From Vicinamibacteria bacterium (GTDB taxonomy: Bacteria; Acidobacteriota; Vicinamibacteria; Vicinamibacterales; JAENWD01): 64,000 nt of DNA. This document shows positions 36,123 through 45,379 of the stretch, piece by piece (position 1 is the first letter of the stretch; the number at the start of each line of letters is the position of its first letter). Location of the stretch: positions 171,501-235,500 of the forward strand of contig CAVXSR010000022.1 of NCBI GenBank assembly GCA_963764495.1, written 5' to 3'. The notes below the pieces were generated by a model. It made no database searches, was not told the origin of the DNA, and saw only the letters and a list, made by a program, of their open reading frames with translations. Both the position numbers and the translations under genes were made by a program.

Positions 36123-37967
36123 ATGGTTGAGCCCTCTCGCTCTCTCCGCGAACGCGTCGGCGCTCTCCGCAACCTCCGGCCGTTCCTGAGCCTGGTCTGG
36201 CACACGGCGCCCGGCCTGACGATGGCCAACGTCGGATTGCGCCTGATCCGCGCGCTGCTCCCGGTCGCAACGCTCTACCTCGGCAAGCTGATCATCGACG
36301 AGGTCATCCGCCTGGCGGGTGTCACCGGTGCACCACCTGGTCTCGCAGCCTGGTTCCACGCCGGCCTGCTCGATCGATTCCTCTGGCTGCTCGGCCTCGA
36401 GCTCGGAGCAGCGGTCGTCGCAGACGTGCTCGGCCGCATCGTCTCGCTGGTCGATGCGCTGCTCTCGGATCGCTTCACCAACGCCATCAGCATCCGCCTG
36501 ATGGAGCACGCGGCGACGCTGGACCTGGAGGATTTCGAAGACAGCGAGCTCCAGGACAGTCTCGAGCGTGCCCGTCGTCAGGCCAGCGGGCGCCTGCCGC
36601 TTCTTTCACAACTGTTCGGCCAGGCGCAGGACATCGTCACCATCCTCACGTTTTCCGCCGGCCTCGTCGCCTACGCGCCGGGCCTGATTGCGCTCCTCCT
36701 CATCGCGCTGGTGCCGGCGTTCGTCGGCGAGATGCACTTCAACGCCCGCAGCTACTCGCTCGATTTTGGCCGCACCCCGGAACGCCGCGAGCTCGACTAC
36801 GTGCGGCAAACGGGCGCCAGCGTCGAGACGGCGAAGGAAGTGAAGATCTTCGGCCTCAATGCGTTTCTGATCGAACGCTACCGAACGCTGGCCGACAGCT
36901 TTTACCGCGCCAGCCGCGCCCTGGCGCAGCGACGCGCGCTCTGGGGCGCAATCCTGACGACGATCGGGACGCTGGGCTACTACGCCGCCTACGGGTTCAT
37001 CGCGTGGCGCACGGTGCGCGGCGACTTCACGATCGGCGATTTGACGTTTCTCGCGGGCTCGTTCCGACGGCTGCGCACGCTGCTCGATGGGCTCCTCTCC
37101 GGCTTCTCGCAGGTCGCCGGACAGGCCCTTTACCTCGACGACCTGTTCTCGTTCTTCGACGTCAGACCGGAGATCGTGTCCGCACCGCACGCGCGGCCGT
37201 TTCCAACGGTCGTGCGCGAGGGGTTCGTGTTCGAAGACGTTGGCTTCATTTACCCTGGTGCGGAACGTTGGGCGGTGCGGCATTTGTCCTTCACCCTTCG
37301 CGGCGGCGAAGTCATCGCGCTCGTCGGCGAGAATGGCGCCGGCAAGACGACGCTGGTCAAGCTGTTGGCGCGGCTGTACGACCCGGACGAAGGCCGGATT
37401 CTGCTGGATGGCCACGAGCTGCGCGACTACGACCTCGATGGCCTTCGCCGCAACATCGGTGTGATCTTTCAGGACTTCGTCCGCTACCACCTGACGGCTG
37501 GCGACAACATCGCGGTCGGACGCATCGAGGCCCGCGCCGATCGCCCGCGCATCGTCGCGGCGGCAGAACGAAGCCTGGCGGATCGTGTGATCGAGCGGCT
37601 GCCACAGAAGTACGATCAGGTGATCGGGAAGCGCTTTCGCACCGGCGTGGAGCTGTCCGGCGGAGAGTGGCAGAAGGTCGCCATCGCCCGCGCCTACATG
37701 CGCGACGCGCAGCTGCTGATCCTCGACGAGCCGACCGCGGCGCTCGACGCGCGGTCGGAGTTCGAGGTGTTCCAGCGCTTCAAGGAGCTGAGCCAGGGGA
37801 AGACCGCGGTGCTCATCTCGCACCGGTTCTCGACCGTGCGAATGGCGGATCGGATCCTGGTGCTCGCGGACGGACAGATCGAAGCAGCCGGGACACACGA
37901 GGAGCTGATGGCGCAGCGAGGGCGATACGCCGAGCTGTTCGAGTTGCAGGCGGCCGGCTACAGGTAG
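36123..37967 (+). CDS. ABC exporter, fused permease/ATPase (MsbA-like type)
   Basis: ATG 36123 chosen inside ORF 36078..37967. Six-TM region, Walker A GENGAGKTT, signature LSGGEWQK, Walker B LLILDEPTAALD. Confidence 0.9.
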   Translation: MVEPSRSLRERVGALRNLRPFLSLVWHTAPGLTMANVGLRLIRALLPVATLYLGKLIIDEVIRLAGVTGAPPGLAAWFHAGLLDRFLWLLGLELGAAVVADVLGRIVSLVDALLSDRFTNAISIRLMEHAATLDLEDFEDSELQDSLERARRQASGRLPLLSQLFGQAQDIVTILTFSAGLVAYAPGLIALLLIALVPAFVGEMHFNARSYSLDFGRTPERRELDYVRQTGASVETAKEVKIFGLNAFLIERYRTLADSFYRASRALAQRRALWGAILTTIGTLGYYAAYGFIAWRTVRGDFTIGDLTFLAGSFRRLRTLLDGLLSGFSQVAGQALYLDDLFSFFDVRPEIVSAPHARPFPTVVREGFVFEDVGFIYPGAERWAVRHLSFTLRGGEVIALVGENGAGKTTLVKLLARLYDPDEGRILLDGHELRDYDLDGLRRNIGVIFQDFVRYHLTAGDNIAVGRIEARADRPRIVAAAERSLADRVIERLPQKYDQVIGKRFRTGVELSGGEWQKVAIARAYMRDAQLLILDEPTAALDARSEFEVFQRFKELSQGKTAVLISHRFSTVRMADRILVLADGQIEAAGTHEELMAQRGRYAELFELQAAGYR

Positions 37968-37997
37968 GATGCCCGAACTGAAGCTCGGGCCTACGTG
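37968..37997. repeat. imperfect REP-like hairpin
   Basis: GTAGGATGCCCGAAC-TGAAG-CTCGGGCCTACGT, with one stem mismatch. Confidence 0.6.
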
Positions 37998-38009
37998 CGA
38001 TTGGAGACT

Positions 38010-38709
38010 ATGCGTATCACACTGAGCGCGGTTTTTCTCGCGATGCTGTCGAACGTGCTCGGCGCGAGTGCGCCGCTGCGGCTGCTCGTCGTCACCGGCG
38101 GCCACGACTATCCCACCTCCTTCTATACCGTCTTCGAGCACGACGGCCTCGCCTGGGACCACGCGACGTCGAACGAGGACGCCTTCAAGAAGGATCTTCC
38201 GCGAGCGCTACGACGCGCTCGTGCTGTACGACGGCTCGTCGACCATCTCGCCGGAGGCGCAGACCCACTTCCGCGAATTTGTGGAAAGCGGCGGCGGGCT
38301 CGTCGTCGTCCACCACGCCATCATCAGCTATCAGGACTCCGACTGGTTTCGCGACCTCGTCGGCGGACGGTACTTCCTGGCGCCGCAGGGCGACCATCAG
38401 CCGTCCACCTATCTGCATGACGTCGACATGAACGTCCGCGTCGTCACACCGCATCCGATCACGCGTGGCGTGACGCTGACGCGCATCCACGACGAAACCT
38501 ACAAGGGCATGTGGATCGCGCCGACCAGTACCGTGCTCCTCGCGACCGACAACGACACAAGCGACGGACCGCTCGCCTGGGTCAGCGCCTACAAGCCCGC
38601 TCGTGTCGTCTACATCCAGCTCGGCCATGGAACCGAGGCGCACCGGGATGCCGGCTATCGCGCGCTCGTGCGCAACGCTCTCCTCTGGGTGAGTAAGCGA
38701 TTGGAGTAG
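38010..38709 (+). pseudogene. ThuA-domain protein, one frame change
   Basis: Signal peptide and LRLLVVTGGHDYPTSFY are in ORF 37995..38420. RERYDALVLYD...GGGLVVVHHAI...VYIQLGHG is in ORF 38068..38709. The switch is near 38196-38202, next to a CC dinucleotide. Confidence 0.75.
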
Positions 38710-38770
38710 CGAGCGGCAGGGCCGGGCCGCATGCAGTCGCGCGGGTTCTCCCGAGGTCGCTCGAGGCGGC

Positions 38771-38800
38771 GATGCCAGAGCTGAAGCCCGGGCCTACGAA
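38771..38800. repeat. degenerate REP-like unit
   Basis: GCCAGAGC-TGAAG-CCCGGGCCTACGA. The flank is conserved and the stem is decayed. Confidence 0.45.
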
Positions 38801-39020
38801 TGACGTTATTCGAATTTCGCGAGCTACATCGTTCTTGACACTCACCAGCAGCTAGGGCGGTGCCGTGACGGATCTTGGAGGTCGTGGACGATCGATCTCC
38901 ACGAACGGTCAGCGCGTGAGCTTCGTCACGAAGACGAAGTTCGATGCGAACGCGCCGGACTGAGCTCAGGCGCATCAGTCGGCTTGCGCCATGCCCGCGC
39001 GTGCGGGAAGATCCATTACG

Positions 39021-39510
39021 ATGCGTCTGATCTCACAGCAGAGATGGGCGGTGCTTACGGCTCTGCTCATCGCTGCTGCAGTGTCTATCTGTCGTCCACT
39101 TGCGGTCGCGCACGATCAGCAGACGAAGGCGGCGGAGGATCCCTGGAAGGAGGCGGAGGCACTCGCGCCGTCAGAGCTGGCGAAGATGCTCGATGGCGGG
39201 GAGAAGCCGGCCATTGCGTACATCGGACCGCGCGTTCTCTTTCGCGCCGGCCGCATTCCGGGGGCCACGCTGCATGGCCCGACGTCGGAGGCCGAGGGTC
39301 TCGACGATCTGAAACGATGGGCCACGCCGTTGCCGCGCGCGGAGACGCTCGTGATCTACTGCGGATGCTGTCCGATGGAGAAGTGCCCGAACGTCAGGCC
39401 GGCGTTCAGAGCGCTGCGAGAGATGGGATTCACCGGGTTGCGCGTGCTCGTGTCTGGCAACGAGCTTCGAGAAGGATTGGGTCGAGAAGGGATTTGCAGT
39501 GGAGCGGTGA
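39021..39510 (+). pseudogene. rhodanese-like domain protein, one frame change near the C-terminus
   Basis: Signal peptide, RIPGATLHG and LVIYCGCCPMEKCPN are in ORF 38991..39566. The expected ending LATSFEKDWVEKGFAVER* is in the +1 frame and stops at 39508-39510. The switch is near 39449-39455. Confidence 0.7.
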
Positions 39511-39517
39511 CCAGGGT

Positions 39518-39966
39518 CTACTTCAGGCCATCCGCGAGATACAGGTCTTCCGTTTGGCGGGGATAGGAGTAACGTACGACTTGCCGTCTGGGGCGATCAG
39601 GACTGACCTGATCGCGACGTTCATGTCTATGACGTCGGCGTCGAGGATGGGACGTCTTCATCGCGATGGAACTCGTCGAAGGCCGCACGCTGCGCGAGGT
39701 CGCGTCGGCCGGGCGGCTGCCACTGAAGAAGTTTCTAGACGTCGCGATCCAGATCGCCGACGGCCTGGCGCGCGCACACGACCGCCCGCGCTTCCTGCTC
39801 GAACCGATGCCGGCGCTCGGGGTCGGTCGCGAAGGCGGCCGGAAGGACTTTCAACGCGACATCACGTCTGACCTCCCGTCGCGGGCACGGTAGACTTCGC
39901 CCATGCCGCCGGCTCCGAGCGCGACACGACCTCGTAAATTCCTACGCGTGTACCAGGATTGAGCAT
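39518..39966 (-). pseudogene. collapsed, internally inverted remnant of a Ser/Thr kinase/beta-propeller gene
   Basis: Minus strand 39966-39785: MLNPGTRVGIYEVVSR / [16 protein letters not shown] / RDVALKVLPAAFATDPERRHRFEQEARAV (three frames). Plus strand about 39607-39783: VHVYDVGVEDGT / FIAMELVEGRTLREV...VAIQIADGLARAHD (subdomains IV-VIa). Minus strand 39606-39518: VLIAPDGKSYV / YSYPRQTEDLYLADGLK*, which matches the C-terminus ...[17 protein letters not shown] of 45380..48013. Confidence 0.6.
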
Positions 39967-40088
39967 GCGGGACGAGATGGAGTGACGAGATCATAAGCTG
40001 AGCTGCTCGCCTGGCTGCGCCTAGAATCAGCGGACCGCAAGTGACGGCCGGATGATTTCGATATGACGATCACCTCACGAGGGCCCTT

Positions 40089-41867
40089 ATGACCCGCCTG
40101 CGAACCGCATCGATCGTCCTCGCGCTGGGCATGATCAGCGTCGGCCTTGTCGGTAACGCAGCCGAGGACACGACCGCCGTTACCGCCGAGTTTGGCGTCG
40201 GGGTCAAGATGCGGGACGGCGTCACGCTGCGCGCCGACATCTACCGGCCGAAGGCGGACGGGCGGTTCCCTGTGCTGCTCCAGCGCACGCCGTACGACAA
40301 GAACGGCGAAAAACGGTTCGGCCTCGCGGCCGCCACACGCGGCTACGTCGTCATCATCCAGGACGTGCGCGGGCGCTACACGTCGGATGGGGAGTGGTAC
40401 ACGTTCAGGAACGAGCCCAACGACGGCTATGACACGGTCGAGTGGGCGGCGGCGCTGCCGTACTCGGACGGCAAGGTCGGCATGTTCGGCGGGTCCTATG
40501 TGGGTGCGACGCAGATGCTTGCCGCGATCGCCAGCCCACCGCATCTTGCCGGCATCTGTCCCGTTGTCACGGCCAGCAACTACCACTCGAACTGGACGTA
40601 TCAGGGCGGTGCGTTCGAGCAGTGGTTCAATCAGTCGTGGACGTCGGGCCTGGCCCAGGACACCTTTGCGCGCAGCATGGATCCTCGCTCGGACGCGACG
40701 AAGGGTATGTGGGAGCTGCCGCTCGATACCTTCCCGCTGTTCAACCCGCCCGCAGACGGTAAGACGCCGGATTCACTGCAGAACCTCGCGCCGTATTACC
40801 TGGACTGGCTCGCGCATCCGAACTACGACGACTACTGGAAGACGCTGTCGATCGAGGAGCACTTCGGCGACATCCGGGTACCGATGCTGACGATCGCGGC
40901 CTGGTACGACCTCTTCCAGGACGGATCGCTGCGCAATTACACCGGCGTCAAGGCGAAGGGCAGCACCGACGCCGCTCGCCGCGGCCAGCATCTTCGCGTC
41001 ATTGTGGGCGGCCATGCCGGGAACGGGCCGAAGGTCGGCGACGTCGATTTCGGACAGGCGGCGTTCTACGACGAAGACGCGGTGACGCTCGCCTGGTACG
41101 ACTACCTGTTCAAGGGCGTGCAGAACGAGTTTGCGGGAAAGCCCGTGAAGATCTTCGTGATGGGCGCGAACCAGTGGCGCGACGAGGACGACTGGCCGCT
41201 GGCACGCGCGCAGGCGACGAAGTACTTCCTGCACTCCGCGGGGAAGGCGAATTCGGTCCGTGGCGACGGATCGCTTTCGACGACGGCGCCAAAGAGCGAG
41301 GCCTCGGACACCTATACCTACGATCCGGCCAACCCGGCGCCGACGATCGGCGGGCTCCTGTGCTGCGATGGCACGCACATGCCGCCCGGTCCGCGCGATC
41401 AGCGGCCGGTCGAGGCGAGAGACGATGTGCTGATCTACTCGACGCCGCCGCTGGCAGCGGACCTGGAAGTGACCGGACCCGTGACGCTGGAGCTGTACGC
41501 GAAGTCGTCAGCGGTCGACACCGACTTCACCGCCAAGCTCGTGGACGTGTGGCCGAGCGGCTTCGCGCAAAACCTGAACGACGGCATCCTGCGGGCACGG
41601 TACCGCGAGTCGATGGAGAAGCCGGAGCTCCTCAATCCGGGCCAGGTCTACAAGCTGACGGTCGACGTGTGGTCCACGAGCAATCTGTTCAAGAAGGGGC
41701 ACGTGCTGCGGTTGGAGGTGTCGAGCAGCAATTTCCCGCGGTTCAATCGGAACCTGAATACCGGCGAAGACATCGCGCGCGGGAAGCGATTCGTCGTGGC
41801 CACGAACACGATCCTTCACGACGCGGAGCATCCGTCAGCGCTCACGCTGCCGATCATCACGAATTAG
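40089..41867 (+). CDS. CocE/NonD-family (S15 X-Pro dipeptidyl-peptidase-like) hydrolase
   Basis: Signal peptide, MRDGVTLRADIYRP, PVLLQRTPYDK, GMFGGSYVGATQ (nucleophile elbow), C-terminal jelly-roll SSSNFPRFNRN. Confidence 0.9.
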   Translation: MTRLRTASIVLALGMISVGLVGNAAEDTTAVTAEFGVGVKMRDGVTLRADIYRPKADGRFPVLLQRTPYDKNGEKRFGLAAATRGYVVIIQDVRGRYTSDGEWYTFRNEPNDGYDTVEWAAALPYSDGKVGMFGGSYVGATQMLAAIASPPHLAGICPVVTASNYHSNWTYQGGAFEQWFNQSWTSGLAQDTFARSMDPRSDATKGMWELPLDTFPLFNPPADGKTPDSLQNLAPYYLDWLAHPNYDDYWKTLSIEEHFGDIRVPMLTIAAWYDLFQDGSLRNYTGVKAKGSTDAARRGQHLRVIVGGHAGNGPKVGDVDFGQAAFYDEDAVTLAWYDYLFKGVQNEFAGKPVKIFVMGANQWRDEDDWPLARAQATKYFLHSAGKANSVRGDGSLSTTAPKSEASDTYTYDPANPAPTIGGLLCCDGTHMPPGPRDQRPVEARDDVLIYSTPPLAADLEVTGPVTLELYAKSSAVDTDFTAKLVDVWPSGFAQNLNDGILRARYRESMEKPELLNPGQVYKLTVDVWSTSNLFKKGHVLRLEVSSSNFPRFNRNLNTGEDIARGKRFVVATNTILHDAEHPSALTLPIITN

Positions 41868-41934
41868 GCGTCGTCCCGCGGGTCACTCGCGTCGCGCATG
41901 GAACATGGTGGGTTCCTCTTGCTAGACTCGTGCC

Positions 41935-42927
41935 GTGCCCGTGCGTAACCAGGCAGGAAGACCGGACTCGTCGGCCGGCCCGGTTCGCCGCGCGCTGCAG
42001 TATGCCCTCTACGACTGGACGCGCGAGATGCCGTCGTCCAAGCGTGTGCTCACGTGGATGGGTCTGCTGCTGCAGGGCTACGCGCTCTACGTCGCCATCA
42101 CCGGCTCGCTGCTCTTGCCCGCCACGTGGCCTCGAGGCGCGCTCATCGATGCCGTGTGGCTGTTGTATCTGGGGGGCTACCTGGTCATCAACGGCATGTT
42201 GACGTCGGAGTTCATGCGCAAGACGCAACTGGAGTCCGACCTGTCGGCGGCACGGAGGATTCAGCAGACGCTTCAGCCGCATACGGTGGACCCGCCCCGC
42301 GGGTACGAGATCGAGACATTCTATCGACCGTTCCGCGACGTCGGCGGCGATTACTTCGACGTGATCGAGCTGTCGGACGGTCGAACGCTGTTTGCGGTGG
42401 CCGACGTGTCGGGCAAAGGGATGCCGGCGGCGCTGCTCGCGGCCAACGTGCAGGCGCTGGTCAGGAGCACCGCGAATGTCGGTGCAGATCCGGCCGCCCT
42501 GGCGAGACACATCAACCGGCACTTGAGTCGCTACACGCCAGACGATCGCTTCGTGACGGCGGTGTTCATCGTCCTGAGTCACGAGTCCGGAGCGTTGACG
42601 TACGTCAACGCCGGTCACAACGCGCCGATGGTGTCGGGCACGGGCGCGATCGTGCCACTCGACGCCACCGGAATGCCGCTTGGCCTTTTCGCCGAGGCGG
42701 ACTATGAGGTTCGCACGGCTCAGATCGGTCCAGGCGGTGCGCTCCTGATCTTTACGGACGGCTTGCCCGATTCGATTCGGGCCGACACGCCGGAAAAGCC
42801 CATCGCCGAAGCACTCGCGGGCGGGAAGGCAAGCACCGTGGCGCGATTCACGGCGCTCATCGACGATCGACTCAGCACAGACGACGTCACGATCGTGCTG
42901 CTGAAGCGTGCGACTTCAGCCGTATAA
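41935..42927 (+). CDS. membrane-anchored PP2C-type (SpoIIE-like) protein phosphatase
   Basis: Two predicted TM helices, then RIQQTLQP, VGGDYFDV, FAVADVSGKGMPAALL, YVNAGHNAP and IFTDGL. Confidence 0.85.
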   Translation: MPVRNQAGRPDSSAGPVRRALQYALYDWTREMPSSKRVLTWMGLLLQGYALYVAITGSLLLPATWPRGALIDAVWLLYLGGYLVINGMLTSEFMRKTQLESDLSAARRIQQTLQPHTVDPPRGYEIETFYRPFRDVGGDYFDVIELSDGRTLFAVADVSGKGMPAALLAANVQALVRSTANVGADPAALARHINRHLSRYTPDDRFVTAVFIVLSHESGALTYVNAGHNAPMVSGTGAIVPLDATGMPLGLFAEADYEVRTAQIGPGGALLIFTDGLPDSIRADTPEKPIAEALAGGKASTVARFTALIDDRLSTDDVTIVLLKRATSAV

Positions 42928-44275
42928 ATTCGCCGTCAGAAAGTCGTTGCGGAACTTGGCCTTCGGATCGAGCCGGGCGACGAGCTGCTTGAAGTCGTCC
43001 CACTTCTCGTACCGCGTCCTGAGTTGCGCAGATGGAACGGAGAAGAGCTTCCCCCAATGCGGCCGCACGTCGAACGGCGCGAGCTCACGCTCGATGATCG
43101 GCAGGAGCCGGCTCACAGCCTCCCACTCCTGCTTCCACGTGAAATGGATTGCGACGCTGGCGCGGCCGTAGCAGGGGCTCATCCAGAGCGTGTCGGCGTC
43201 GATGGTGCGCAGCTCCGAGATCATCAGGTGCGGGCTCACCTGATCGCGCAGGCGCTCGACGGCGAGAATCGCCTCGACCGCGTGACGGCGCGGGACGAAG
43301 TACTCGGATTGCAGCTCCTTGCCGCTGCTCGGCGTAAAGCCCATTTTGAAGTGCGGCAGGCGTTCGTACCACCGGCCCTCGACACCCATCTGCTCCGTGC
43401 AGTTCTCGGGTGACAGCTCGACGATGGGATGGACGTTCCCCGCCGCCCGCGCCGCGCCGTAGAACGCGGATTCGGCAGCGAGGGCCGGTTGCGTGTCGGT
43501 ACGGCGCTTGATCCAGACCTCGTTGACGCGGCCCTTCTGCCAGTCGGTGAAAAGACTGACGCTGTAGCCCGCGGAGACGATGTCGTCGAAGTGGTCCCGG
43601 ACCTGCGACATCGGGAGATCGAGGTAGACGTCCTGGCGCATGGCATAGGCCGGCTGGATGTCGAGCGTGACCTTCGTGACGACGCCGAGCGCACCGAGGT
43701 TGACGACGGCGCCGGAGAACTCCGCGGTCGCCCGCGACAACGTCATCACGGCACCGTCGGCCGTGACGAGCTCCAACGCGGACACCGCCGTCGACAGGTT
43801 CCCATTCTTCACGCCAGACCCGTGCGTGCCTGTCGCGCAGGCTCCAGCGATCGAGATGTGCGGCAGCGACGCGAGGTTGTGCAGCGCGAAGCCTTTGGCA
43901 TCGAGGACGGGGCACAACTGCCCGTAGCTCGAGCCGGCCTCGACGGTCACGGAGCGCGCTCCGGCATCGAGCGACGTCAGCTGGTTCATCTCTGTGAGTG
44001 AGAGCAACTGCGTCGTGCTGTCGGCGATGCTGTTGAAGCAGTGGCGCGTCCCGAGGACTTTGAACCGTGCATGCTGTCTGACGAAGGCCTGTACGTCCTC
44101 GACCGACCGTGCTCGCGCCAATCGACTCGGTACTGTAGCGATAGTTGCCTGCCCAATTCGTCAGCGCATCATCCGGAGGCGCTGCCGCGGCCCCGCCGGG
44201 AACCAGGCGTGATGCCGCCGAGGCGCCAAGGAATGCCGCGCAGCGCTGGATGAATCGCCGCTTGTCCAGTTTCAT
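42916..44275 (-). pseudogene. FAD-linked oxidase (D-arabinono-/L-gulono-1,4-lactone or alditol oxidase-like), Tat signal, one frame change
   Basis: MKLDKRRFIQRCAAFLGASA...NWAGNYRYSTESI is in the frame of ORF 43085..44326. The rest (SVEDVQAFV...VLGTRHCFNSIAD...HWGK) is in ORF 42916..44121. The switch is near 44115-44125. Confidence 0.8.
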
Positions 44276-44369
44276 GGCGCCACAATACCGCATCTCCCCC
44301 ATGCGCCCACGCGCCCCTGTGCCCATGCGCCTGCGCGCTCCTGCGGCCCACCGTGCGCTAGCATGGCGG

Positions 44370-45356
44370 ATGGACTACGTTCGACTCGGCAAGACCGGCC
44401 TGAAGGTCTCACGGCTCTGTCTCGGCTGTATGAGCTACGGTGTGCCCGACCGCGGCACGCACCCCTGGACGCTGCCGGAGGACCAGAGCCGTCCGTTCAT
44501 CAAGCGCGCGCTCGAGGCCGGGATCAACTTCTTCGACACGGCCAACGTCTACTCCGACGGCACCAGCGAGGAGATCGTCGGGCGCGCGCTGAAGGACTTC
44601 TCGACGCGCGATGAGGTCGTGATCGCGACGAAGGTTCACGGTCGGATGCGCCAGGATCCGAACGGCGCCGGGCTGTCTCGGAGGGCCATCCTGACGGAGA
44701 TCGATCACAGCCTTCGGCGGCTGGGCACCGACTATATCGACCTCTATCAGATCCACCGCTGGGACTACGACACACCAATCGAGGAAACGCTCGACGCGCT
44801 GCACGACGTCGTGAAGGCCGGCAAAGCCCGCTACATCGGCGCGTCGTCGATGTTCGCGTGGCAGTTCGCGAAGGCGCTGCATCTCGCCGATCGGCACGGC
44901 TGGACGCGGTTCGTGTCGATGCAGAACCACTACAACCTGCTGTATCGCGAGGAAGAGCGGGAGATGATGCCGCTTTGCGAGGCCGAGCGGATCGGCGTGA
45001 TTCCCTGGAGCCCGCTGGCGCGCGGCCGATTAACGCGGCCATGGAGCGACCGAGACGCGACGTCGCGCGCGAAGACCGACGAGGTCGGCGGAAATCTGTA
45101 TCGCCGCGCCGAGGACGCCGATCGCGCCGTCGTCGAGAAGGTCGTCGCGATCGCCGGAGCGCGCGGCGTCGCCGCAGCGCAGGTGGCGCTGGCGTGGATG
45201 CTGACCAAGCCCTATGTGACCTCGCCGATTGTAGGAGCCACCAGACCGCAACACCTGGAGGACGCGCTCGCCGCCTTGGCGGTGCGCCTCTCCACGGACG
45301 AAATCGGCGAGCTCGAAGCGCCCTACGTCCCGCACCCGACGGCGGGATTTCAGTAG
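44370..45356 (+). CDS. aldo/keto reductase
   Basis: Start at MDYVRLGKTGLKVSRLCLG. Contains FFDTANVYS, DLYQIHRWD and IPWSPLARG. Confidence 0.9.
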   Translation: MDYVRLGKTGLKVSRLCLGCMSYGVPDRGTHPWTLPEDQSRPFIKRALEAGINFFDTANVYSDGTSEEIVGRALKDFSTRDEVVIATKVHGRMRQDPNGAGLSRRAILTEIDHSLRRLGTDYIDLYQIHRWDYDTPIEETLDALHDVVKAGKARYIGASSMFAWQFAKALHLADRHGWTRFVSMQNHYNLLYREEEREMMPLCEAERIGVIPWSPLARGRLTRPWSDRDATSRAKTDEVGGNLYRRAEDADRAVVEKVVAIAGARGVAAAQVALAWMLTKPYVTSPIVGATRPQHLEDALAALAVRLSTDEIGELEAPYVPHPTAGFQ

Positions 45357-45379
45357 GTCGCCCGTATAATCAACCCCGA

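Noticed and set aside
39942-40586. ORF 39942..40586 on the minus strand
   Set aside because: Antisense shadow of the CocE/NonD gene. Only its first few codons overlap the real kinase-remnant start region.
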